Of a DNA stretch of 64,000 nt, positions 38,062 to 46,596 are shown in pieces. The notes beneath the pieces are model-generated. The model worked only from the letters and a program-made list of their open reading frames with translations. It searched no databases and was not told the DNA's origin. The stretch's first letter is position 1. Every line of letters starts with the position of its first letter. Source of the stretch: Myxococcota bacterium (GTDB lineage Bacteria > Myxococcota_A > UBA796 > CAJQPC01); the NCBI GenBank assembly GCA_036012755.1, contig DASCPX010000031.1, forward strand, positions 1 to 64,000, given 5' to 3'. The translations under genes were made by a program, and so were the position numbers.

Positions 38062-38205
38062 AGACCACCTCTCGGGTCACCGGACCCGGACCACGACACG
38101 AGGTTCCCGGTCGAAGGCGGGATTGACGCCGAGATGACGGTTGGTGGCGAGAATCCCGACCGCATCGAGGACCTCATATACTGAGCCGGCTCTCAAGGAG
38201 GCCCC

Positions 38206-39240
38206 ATGATCGCGCTGCTGTCGCTCTTCGCCTGCGACCAGGACATCGGCATCCAGCAGAACGCCATCTGCGACGGAAGCGTCCAGCCCAGCGAAGACTA
38301 TGTCGACGAGCCCTTCGACCGGGATGGAGACGGCTACTTCGACGCGGACAACCCCGACTGCGCGGCGGTCTACCCCGCAGAGAGCCTCGACTGCGACGAC
38401 GGAAACGCAGACGTGAACCCCGGCGCCGACGAGATCGCCTGCAACGGCTGGGACGACGACTGCGACGCGGAGACAGAGGACGAGGCGGACGTGGACGACG
38501 ACGGCTTCCCGAACTGCGACGACTGCGACGACCTCAACCCGGACGTCTACCCTGGCAACTCCGAGACCGAGTGCAACGGCCTCGACGACGACTGCAACGA
38601 GGACACCCTCGACGACCCGGACGTCGACGAGGACGACTACACGGTCTGCGAGGGCGACTGCGACGACATCGACGCCAACATCAACCCCGGCGCCGAAGAG
38701 GTCCCCTGCAACGACGTCGATGACGACTGCAGCTCCGCGACGCCCGACGCCGAGGACAAGGACGGCGACACCTGGTCGACCTGCGACGGGGACTGCGACG
38801 ACAACGAGAGCACGGCCTGGCCGGGCTACGAGGAGATCTGCGACGACGAGGTCGACAACGACTGCGACGGGGAGTGGGACGAAGACTGCGAGCTCGACTA
38901 CACCGACACCTGGTTCCTCGACACGAGCATCAGCTACGACTGCGCCTACGGGTTCGTGGAGCTGTCCTTCTCCATCGTCGACATCACGCACTCGGGCACG
39001 AACATCGCCATCTACGGCGGCGGCACCGGTGGCCAGCCGGGCACGACGACCGGCACGCTGGACGACTCCGACCAGAGCTTCGAGACGGACCGCACGGTGA
39101 CCGGCGGCTGCGATGAGACCTACCAGTTCATCGGCGAGTTCACGAACGCCGACACCTTCGAGGGGGTGTTCAAGGCCAAGTTCGTCGGCAGCTGCTACGA
39201 CTGCAGCAACAAGACCTGGTCCATCGTCGGAACGCGGTGA
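38206..39240 (+). CDS. Lipoprotein with multiple Cys/Asp putative metal-binding (MopE-like) repeats
   Basis: AAGGAGG RBS, upstream TATACT; MIALLSLFAC; four DCDD..NPG.EE.C..DDDC repeats. Confidence 0.85.
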   Translation: MIALLSLFACDQDIGIQQNAICDGSVQPSEDYVDEPFDRDGDGYFDADNPDCAAVYPAESLDCDDGNADVNPGADEIACNGWDDDCDAETEDEADVDDDGFPNCDDCDDLNPDVYPGNSETECNGLDDDCNEDTLDDPDVDEDDYTVCEGDCDDIDANINPGAEEVPCNDVDDDCSSATPDAEDKDGDTWSTCDGDCDDNESTAWPGYEEICDDEVDNDCDGEWDEDCELDYTDTWFLDTSISYDCAYGFVELSFSIVDITHSGTNIAIYGGGTGGQPGTTTGTLDDSDQSFETDRTVTGGCDETYQFIGEFTNADTFEGVFKAKFVGSCYDCSNKTWSIVGTR

Positions 39241-39255
39241 GTTAGACCGAGCGTC

Positions 39256-41307
39256 GTGGTCGCGCTCCTCAAAAAACCCGCGGTGCTGTTCTGCCTCCTC
39301 GTCGCGGCAGCGCTGTTGTTCCGCCTGCCGGCGACGGACGCCGGGCTGCCCTACTGCTGGCATCCCGACGAGCCCAAGCTCATCAACAAGGGCATCGAGA
39401 TCCTCCAGACCGGAGACTGGAACCCCCACTGGTTCCACTACCCGAGCCTTCCGATCTACGTCCAGGCCCTAGGCGCCGCGCTCTCGTACCTGGGCTCGAT
39501 GGGCTCCACCGACTTCGTGAAGCTCGCGGACATCCCGACCGGGCTGGACACCGGGCTCATCCACACGATCGGCGACCCCGAGATGTGGGAGCGCGGTCGC
39601 AGGATCACGGCGCTCATGGGCGCCATGACCGCAGGACTCACCTTCCTCGCCGGAAGACGCCTCTTCGACGACACGCGGATCGGTGCGCTGGCCGGGTTCT
39701 TCGTGGCGTTCTCGCACTACCACGTCGTCCACAGCCGCTTCATCACGGTGGACGTGCCCACGTCGATGGCCCTGGCGGCACTGCTCTTGGCGAGCGCATG
39801 GGTCTACCGCGTCGGAGAGAAGCGCCACTACCTCCAGGCCGCGGCAGCCCTTGGCCTGGTCATCGGCTTCAAGTACAACGCCGCCGTTGCGGCGGTCCTG
39901 CCCGTGACAGCGTGGCTCTTGTCGGAGCGGCGGAGCGAACGCCTCTGGCTGGGCATCCTCCTGGTCCCACTGGCCGGAGTGGTCTTCGTGATGACGATGC
40001 CCTTCGCCCTCTCCGATGTCAGCACCGCCCTGACGGACATGGCGAAGGAGGTCAACCACTACATGTACCGGGGCCACGACGCCGCCTCCACCGAGTCGGG
40101 CCTGACTCACCTGTGGAAGATGGTCCGGAGCATCTCGACCGACTTCCTCCCCGCCTGGGCGGTCGGGATCGCCGGAGCGCTCGGCCTGGCTGGCCGCGGG
40201 CGGTGGCGGCCCGTGGCGCTCCTCGCTGTCTTTCCCGCGGTCTACCTGGTCTACATGAGCGGCTCCGCCGTCTTCTTCAAGCGCAACATCGTCGTGCTGG
40301 TGCCGGCGCTGGCGCTGCTCGCCGCGGTGGGCTTCGTCTGGCTCTTCGAGGCTATCGCTCCGAAGCTCGGCGACCGGGCTGGCCTGCTCGCAAAGGTCGG
40401 CGTCGTCCTGCTGCTCCTGCCCGCCGGGGTCTCGGCCTCCGAGACCCTCAAGAGCGTGCGATACGGCACGGACGCCCGGACGGAGATCACGCAGTGGCTG
40501 GCGGAGGAGGCCCCGAACGACTGGATCGTGGCCGTCCCCGTCGAGCTCGGCATCCCGGCTGAGGAGCTCGTGGGGTTCGAGCACATCGAGGTCTCACTGC
40601 TCGACGGCGGCAAGGGCTGGCGCGAGGCCGGGGCCACCCACGTCATCGGCTCCGACAAGCTCGAACGCGCAGGGGTGCGCAAGACCTCCATCACCGACGA
40701 GGCCGTCACCGCTGGCGTGAACTGGTTCGCCAAGCGCGAGCCGGTGCGGGCGCGGGGCAAGGGCGCTTGGGCCCTCGACATCAACGCCCGCAACCCTACG
40801 GTCGGCGTCTACGAGGTGGGCGGAAACGTACCCGCGTCCTCGAGGGGCGAGACCGCCGCGGCGCCGGTGGTCGAGGGCGAACTCGACGATCCCTCGCGTT
40901 GGCAGGTGGTCCCAGCGGGGAGCAACAGGATCACCTTCGCAGAGGGCCGCATCCGCCTCGACGCTCCCGGAAGCGACCAGCCGGTGAAGGTCTGCGAGCT
41001 CGCGCGGACCCCCGTGGTGGAGTCGATCCGGGTGGTCGGCCGCTGGCGCTACGAGGGCCTGACGCGCGAGCGCATGGCAGGCCAGCTCACCGCCCGGTTC
41101 TTCACTGGGGACGGCAGCCTGATCGAGGGAGAGACGGACGTCGACAAGGGCATCCAGCTCATCGCCCAGGGGGTCGCATCGGCTGACTGGTCCGACCTCG
41201 ACGTGGTGATCGAAGCCCCGCCAAGGGCCAAGAAGGTGCGCCTGTGCGCGGAGCTCGGAAGCGAAGAGGGCTTCGTCGAGATCGACGACCTGCGACTGTC
41301 CGACTGA
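39256..41307 (+). CDS. GT39/ArnT-like (GT-C) glycosyltransferase with extra C-terminal beta domain
   Basis: WHPDEP, WNPHWFHYPSL, HSRFITVDVP, GFKYNA, many TM helices. Confidence 0.8.
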   Translation: MVALLKKPAVLFCLLVAAALLFRLPATDAGLPYCWHPDEPKLINKGIEILQTGDWNPHWFHYPSLPIYVQALGAALSYLGSMGSTDFVKLADIPTGLDTGLIHTIGDPEMWERGRRITALMGAMTAGLTFLAGRRLFDDTRIGALAGFFVAFSHYHVVHSRFITVDVPTSMALAALLLASAWVYRVGEKRHYLQAAAALGLVIGFKYNAAVAAVLPVTAWLLSERRSERLWLGILLVPLAGVVFVMTMPFALSDVSTALTDMAKEVNHYMYRGHDAASTESGLTHLWKMVRSISTDFLPAWAVGIAGALGLAGRGRWRPVALLAVFPAVYLVYMSGSAVFFKRNIVVLVPALALLAAVGFVWLFEAIAPKLGDRAGLLAKVGVVLLLLPAGVSASETLKSVRYGTDARTEITQWLAEEAPNDWIVAVPVELGIPAEELVGFEHIEVSLLDGGKGWREAGATHVIGSDKLERAGVRKTSITDEAVTAGVNWFAKREPVRARGKGAWALDINARNPTVGVYEVGGNVPASSRGETAAAPVVEGELDDPSRWQVVPAGSNRITFAEGRIRLDAPGSDQPVKVCELARTPVVESIRVVGRWRYEGLTRERMAGQLTARFFTGDGSLIEGETDVDKGIQLIAQGVASADWSDLDVVIEAPPRAKKVRLCAELGSEEGFVEIDDLRLSD

Positions 41308-41310
41308 GGA

Positions 41311-43398
41311 TCAGGTCCGCACCATCGTCGACGGCATGGAGTGGCGAAGCGAAGCAAGGTGCCGGGCTTGCTCGGCGGGCACCGCTCGCGAGAAGAGGTA
41401 GCCCTGCCCATGAGCGCAGTCGAGGCTACGCAGGTGCCGCAGCTGCTCCGCCGTCTCGATCCCCTCGGCCACCACCCCCTTGTCGAGGGACTTCGCCAGG
41501 CTGACGATCGCGCGCACGATGGCGCAGTCTTCACGACGCAGCGGCAGGCCGCTCACGAACGCGCGGTCGATCTTGAGACTGTCGATCGGGAACCGGTGCA
41601 GGTAGGCCAGCGAGCTGTAGCCGGCGCCAAAGTCGTCGAGGTGCACCTTCACCCCGTGTCTGCGGAGCGCCGCCAGCATCTCGATGGCCGTGTCGGCGTT
41701 CTCGATCAGCGCGGTCTCGGTGAGCTCGAGCACCAGCGAGCGGGGGTCCATGCCAGTCTGGCGGAGGATGCGGTCGACGATCTCGACGAACTCCGGCTGA
41801 CGCAGCTGGTGGCTGGAGACGTTCACGCTCATCGACAGGCTGCTCTCTCCGCCCGCGTTCAGCTGTCGACCGAAGCGACAGGCCGTCTGCAACACCTGGG
41901 TCCCCATCGGCGTGATGATGCCCGTGTCCTCGGCCTCCGCGATGAAGTCGCCTGGAAGGACGAGGCCCTCTGTGCCTGGACGCTTCCAACGAACGAGCGC
42001 CTCGAAGCCCTCCAGCGAGCCGTTTCCAAGGTGGAGGATCGGCTGGTAGTGAACGATGAACTCACCGCGGTCGATGGCACGACGCAGCCCGGTCTCGAGC
42101 TCGAGCCTGGACAGGGCCCAGCAGTGGAGATCCTCGTCGAAGACCTCGAAGCGCGCCTTGCCGAGGCGCTTCGCGCGGTACATCGCGGTGTCGGCGTCCC
42201 TCAGCAGGTCCTCTGGCTTGCCGTAGCTCCCGTCCCCGTGACAGATGCCGATGGAGACGCTGGTGAAGACCTCCTGACCACCTACGACGACGGGCACGCC
42301 GAGGGCATCGTGGATGCGCTTGGCCGCGGCCTCTGCGCCCTGCTCGGGATCGATGTCCTCGAGCAGCAGCGCGAACTCGTCACCGCCCAGGCGCGCGACC
42401 GTGTCGGATGGCCGGACGCACTGGCGCAGGCGGCGCGACACCGCGATCAGCAGCTGGTCTCCGACGAGGTGGCCGAGGCTGTCGTTGATGACCTTGAAGC
42501 GGTCCAGGTCCAAAAACAGCACGGCAAAGGCCGCCCCGTCCTGCCGCTGGGAGCGTCGAATGGCCTGGGCCAGGCGATCCAGCAACAGCGTGCGGTTCGG
42601 CAGCCCCGTGAGGTCATCGTGCAGCGCCTCGTGCAGCAAGCGCGCGGCCGCCTCGCGGCGTCTGGTGACGTCCGAGAGCGAGCCTGCCATGCGGGTCTGC
42701 CCGTCTCGGCGAACCGCCCGGCCCCGGGCCAGCATCCACCGCCAGTGGTCTGACTCGGTCCGCATGCGATGTTCGTGCTCGACATGGGGGGACAGCCCGC
42801 CCAGGTGCTCGCGGATGGCAGCCAGAAGCGAGTCGAGGTCGTCCGGATGGACCCGAGCGAACCAGTCTTGGGCCGAGGAGATGCGCAAGTCGTCTGGCAG
42901 ACCGAGCATGTTCCGCCAGCGTGAGCTGGCCACGAAGCTGTCCTCCTCTACGTGCCAGTCCCAGATGCCGTCACGCGCCCCGTCCAGGGCCCGGGCGTAG
43001 CGATCACGACTGCGCTCGAGCTCCCTCACGAGACGGCCACGCTCCAGCGCGTAGCGAATGGCCCGTCGAACCACCTGCGCGTCCATGTTGCGCTTGATGA
43101 GGTAGTCCTGCGCGCCGCCGGCCACGGCCTGCAGCGCCACGTTCTCGAGCTCCATGCCGCTCTGCACGACGATGGGCACACCTCCAGCCGCGGCGAAGGC
43201 TGCCTCGAAGGTGGAGAGCCCCTGGCTGTCGGGGACGTGGAGGTCCAGGAGCGCCACGTCGAAGCCTCCCCCCTCGAGGTGGGCGACGGCGTCGGCGAGG
43301 AGCGTGACGTGGGTCACGCTGAGCTCTTCCCCTTCCAGCCAGCCCACGAGACGCTCGGCCTCGGCAGGGGAGTCTTCCAGGATCAGCACCTTCAGCAT
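41311..43398 (-). CDS. REC-PAS-GGDEF-EAL diguanylate cyclase/phosphodiesterase
   Basis: ILEDS..LLDLHVPD receiver; DGIWDW PAS; ARLGGDEF; EALVRW, DDFGAGYSS. Confidence 0.95.
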   Translation of the reverse strand: MLKVLILEDSPAEAERLVGWLEGEELSVTHVTLLADAVAHLEGGGFDVALLDLHVPDSQGLSTFEAAFAAAGGVPIVVQSGMELENVALQAVAGGAQDYLIKRNMDAQVVRRAIRYALERGRLVRELERSRDRYARALDGARDGIWDWHVEEDSFVASSRWRNMLGLPDDLRISSAQDWFARVHPDDLDSLLAAIREHLGGLSPHVEHEHRMRTESDHWRWMLARGRAVRRDGQTRMAGSLSDVTRRREAAARLLHEALHDDLTGLPNRTLLLDRLAQAIRRSQRQDGAAFAVLFLDLDRFKVINDSLGHLVGDQLLIAVSRRLRQCVRPSDTVARLGGDEFALLLEDIDPEQGAEAAAKRIHDALGVPVVVGGQEVFTSVSIGICHGDGSYGKPEDLLRDADTAMYRAKRLGKARFEVFDEDLHCWALSRLELETGLRRAIDRGEFIVHYQPILHLGNGSLEGFEALVRWKRPGTEGLVLPGDFIAEAEDTGIITPMGTQVLQTACRFGRQLNAGGESSLSMSVNVSSHQLRQPEFVEIVDRILRQTGMDPRSLVLELTETALIENADTAIEMLAALRRHGVKVHLDDFGAGYSSLAYLHRFPIDSLKIDRAFVSGLPLRREDCAIVRAIVSLAKSLDKGVVAEGIETAEQLRHLRSLDCAHGQGYLFSRAVPAEQARHLASLRHSMPSTMVRT

Positions 43399-43405
43399 CA
43401 GCGTC

Positions 43406-44731
43406 TCACTCGACAGGAAGTCCGAACTGGAACGTCGACCCGCCGTTGTTCGAGTCGACCCAGATCCACCCCCCGCGCGCCTCTACCAGGCGCTTGCAGA
43501 TGGCCAGCCCGAGCCCGGCGCCGCCCTTGGGCACCTCGCCCCGCTGGTAGGCGCCGAAGATACGCTGGCTGTCCTCGAGCGGGATCCCCGGTCCGTTGTC
43601 CGCGACCGAGAACACCCAGTTGTCGTCTCGTTGAACACAAGAGACGGTCACCACGGGCTCGCCGTCGGCGTAGCGCACGCCGTTCCCGATGAGGTTCTGG
43701 AGGAGCTGGAGCAGCTCCGTCCGCGGCACCGTCACCTTCGGCAGCGGTCCGCGCTCCACCTTGCCCCCGCGCTCCTCGATGAGGGCGCCCAGGTTCGAGA
43801 CCGCCTCGTCGAAGACACGCTCGGCGTCCGTCTTCGCGCCCTCTGTTGCCTCGTGCGGGAGCAGGTCGCGGACGAAGACCTCCATCCGCCCCACCGTCTC
43901 GCGAGCCTCGTCCAGCAGCCGCTCGACCTTGGGGTCGACCTCTTCGCCGAGGCGCTGGCCCAGCTGCTCGTGACGGATGGCGAGGGTGCGCAGGGGTGCC
44001 TGCAGATCGTGGGCGACGGTGTGGGCGTACTGCTCGAGGCGCTCCTTCTCCGCAAGCAGGAGCGTGTCGCCGGATGCGGGTGTCGCCGCATACCGAGCCT
44101 CGGCGAGGTCCCTGGCGAGGCGCTCCTCGTCGCTGACGTCGATCAGGACACCCCACCCTGCGGAGAGCCGCAGCTCGAACCAGGCTCCTCCGATCCGCAC
44201 TCGCTTCCGAGTGTCCGAGCCATCGAGCTCCTGGTCTATGGCGTGCAGGACGTTGGTCTCCGGCCCGGCGCCGAAGAGACCGTCGAAGGCGGGGTTCGCG
44301 TCGATCAGGCAGCCGCCGCCGTCGACATGGAACCAGGGCAGACCCGCCCTCTCGAGCATGCGACCCAGGTCCGGGCTGGTCTCGCTTGGAGTGACGGCGG
44401 ACAGCGTGGCGGGCAGCTTCGCGACGAAGGCCATCGGCACCACGCCGTCGATGCCGCCGCGGGCGACCTCGTCGGGAGGCGCGTCCCCGAGGACCAGGGT
44501 CTTGCAGCTCGGGAAGCGGCGCCTCAGGGTGGCGACGAGCTCGGCGGGAGAGGTCCAGGCCAGGGCCCAGGACAAGACGCAGGCGTCGATCTCGCCGGCT
44601 GCGAAGGCCTCGGCGAAGCCCATCGCCCCGGCGACCTCGCGGACCTCGACACCGCTCCCACGCAAGACATGGCCTGCGAGGGATCTCAGGTCGGGATCGT
44701 CCATGACGAGGAGGACGCGGGAGCTGGCCAA
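43406..44731 (-). CDS. Sensor histidine kinase with N-terminal receiver-like and PAS-like regions
   Basis: AHDLQAPL, QNLIGNG, DNGPGI, GAGLGLAICKRLVE; start codon uncertain. Confidence 0.9.
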   Translation of the reverse strand: MASSRVLLVMDDPDLRSLAGHVLRGSGVEVREVAGAMGFAEAFAAGEIDACVLSWALAWTSPAELVATLRRRFPSCKTLVLGDAPPDEVARGGIDGVVPMAFVAKLPATLSAVTPSETSPDLGRMLERAGLPWFHVDGGGCLIDANPAFDGLFGAGPETNVLHAIDQELDGSDTRKRVRIGGAWFELRLSAGWGVLIDVSDEERLARDLAEARYAATPASGDTLLLAEKERLEQYAHTVAHDLQAPLRTLAIRHEQLGQRLGEEVDPKVERLLDEARETVGRMEVFVRDLLPHEATEGAKTDAERVFDEAVSNLGALIEERGGKVERGPLPKVTVPRTELLQLLQNLIGNGVRYADGEPVVTVSCVQRDDNWVFSVADNGPGIPLEDSQRIFGAYQRGEVPKGGAGLGLAICKRLVEARGGWIWVDSNNGGSTFQFGLPVE

Positions 44732-44889
44732 GGGGAAGCGGGGCGGGGGGTAGTGGTGGGATCTCGACGGAAGAGGACACCATAGCGGTAGTGGATCATT
44801 AAGGGAAGTATTGACGTGTCATGCATTTCGGGCTTTTCCCAGACATACTGCTGCTTACACTTTCCCGGACCCGAACAGTGGAGGGCGAC

Positions 44890-45465
44890 ATGCAGGATGT
44901 CTTGCTTCTGAACGCCGACTACTCTCCTGTCCGAGTCCTGGACTGGCGTCGGGCAGTGAATCTGCTGATCGACAAGAAGGCCAACCTCGTCGCTCCCTAC
45001 GAGGGTCGCCTCATCCGCTCGCCGAGCACCACCCTGCCCTGGCCTGCCGTGGTGAACCTCAAGCAGTACGCAAGCCACCGCGGCAAGGTCCGCTTCAGCC
45101 GTCAGAACGTGCTCGCGCGCGACGTCTGGACCTGCCAGTACTGCCGGAGGGCGCCCCGCACCGGGCTCGGTCACCCGATCACCGTCGACCTCACCCTCGA
45201 CCACGTCGTGCCGCGCTCGCGCTCCAACAAGGGCCGCGTGACCCTGCCGTGGAACGGCAAGCGGGTGCCGGTGACCTCCTGGGAGAACGTCGTGACCGCA
45301 TGCCGGGGGTGCAACCAGCAGAAGGCAGACCAGACGCTGAAGCAGGCTGGCTTCTCGCTGCGCCGCTGGCCGCGCCGGCCGACGCCGTGGGAAGGAGTCC
45401 AGCTGCTCTTCTCGAGGGTGACCATCCCCGACGAGTGGAGGGACTACCTGCCAGCGGCGGCCTGA
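44890..45465 (+). CDS. HNH endonuclease (McrA/HNH_5-like)
   Basis: GGAGG RBS; VLLLNADY, FSRQNVLARDVWTCQYC, TLDHVVPRS, WENVVTACRGCNQQK. Confidence 0.9.
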   Translation: MQDVLLLNADYSPVRVLDWRRAVNLLIDKKANLVAPYEGRLIRSPSTTLPWPAVVNLKQYASHRGKVRFSRQNVLARDVWTCQYCRRAPRTGLGHPITVDLTLDHVVPRSRSNKGRVTLPWNGKRVPVTSWENVVTACRGCNQQKADQTLKQAGFSLRRWPRRPTPWEGVQLLFSRVTIPDEWRDYLPAAA

Positions 45466-45508
45466 TCCTCATCGGGCACCGTGTCGTGGAACTTCGTCAG
45501 ATCGAGCA

Positions 45509-46576
45509 TCAGAGCTCCGGCGAGGTCACCGGGAGATGCAGGCGAACCTGGGTGCCGGCGCCTACCTGGGAGAGGAGCTCCATCCGGCCCCTGTATTCCT
45601 GGGTTGCCCGCTGGACCATCGCCAGCCCGACCCCGCTCCCCCTCGCGCCCTTTGTGGTGTAGCCGCCCTCCAAGGCGCGCTGGCGCACGGACGGGTCCAT
45701 GCCGGCGCCGTCGTCGATCACGTCGACCATCACCTCGTCGTCCCGATGCAGCGCCGAGATGACGACGGTGCGGGAGCCCGCGTGGCCGGCGTTGATCACG
45801 AGGTTCAGCAGCACCTGGGCGAGCACGTGGGTGGGCATGCGAACCGGTGGGATGTTCACGTCCACGTGGGTCGTGACCTTGGGGTTGCGCTTGCTGCCCG
45901 CCATGACGACAGCCGCCTGGATGGCCGCCATGCAGCTCCCCGGCCCTGTGGTCCTTCGCACCAGGGTGCGCCCGCTGCGCGCCACCGTTCGGATGTGGTC
46001 CAGGGTGGACTCCAGCGCGTTCATGGTCTCCCTGGCCCGTCCGAAGCGCTGCTTGTCCACGCTCACGCGAAGGTCCTCGAGGTAGGCCATCATCGCGGTC
46101 AGCGGGTTGTTGATCTCGTGGAGGATGGTCGCGGCCACCTCGGTCGGATCGAGGGGTCGAGCGCCCTGGGGTCCACCCTCACGCGCCTTCAGCTCCGCCA
46201 CCTCCTTCGCGTGGACCTCTCGGACCCGCTCCTCCTGAGCCGCTCGAGCGCGGGCGACCTCGACGACGCGAAGGAGCGCGTTGCGCTCCAGCGGCACGGA
46301 GATCCAGTCGACCGCGCCACGCCGGATGGCGTCTGAGACGATCATCGGATCCGCCGGTCCGACAGGGACCACGTCGACGTGACCCGGGTGGGCGAAGGAG
46401 ACCGGGTCGAGGCGCGCGTCGCCCAAGAGGAGGCAGCGCCTCGACATCGCGACGAGGTCGTGGGCCTCGCGGCGGTCGTGCACACACCGACTCGACCACC
46501 CGAGTTCCTCGAGCAGCTCGGCGACCGTCGGCCCGAAGGTGGGCCCGGAGAAGATGATGATGTCCGGCTGACTCAA
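45509..46576 (-). CDS. Histidine kinase with degenerate N-terminal receiver-like domain
   Basis: HEINNPL, QVLLNLVINA, DDGAGM, YTTK..GSGVGL. Confidence 0.9.
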   Translation of the reverse strand: MSQPDIIIFSGPTFGPTVAELLEELGWSSRCVHDRREAHDLVAMSRRCLLLGDARLDPVSFAHPGHVDVVPVGPADPMIVSDAIRRGAVDWISVPLERNALLRVVEVARARAAQEERVREVHAKEVAELKAREGGPQGARPLDPTEVAATILHEINNPLTAMMAYLEDLRVSVDKQRFGRARETMNALESTLDHIRTVARSGRTLVRRTTGPGSCMAAIQAAVVMAGSKRNPKVTTHVDVNIPPVRMPTHVLAQVLLNLVINAGHAGSRTVVISALHRDDEVMVDVIDDGAGMDPSVRQRALEGGYTTKGARGSGVGLAMVQRATQEYRGRMELLSQVGAGTQVRLHLPVTSPEL

Positions 46577-46596
46577 GGTGGCGAAAGCCTACCGCG

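Noticed and set aside
44890..45465. HNH protein as an IscB/Cas9-like RNA-guided nuclease
   Set aside because: Only ~190 aa, no RuvC motifs, no adjacent array or evident ncRNA
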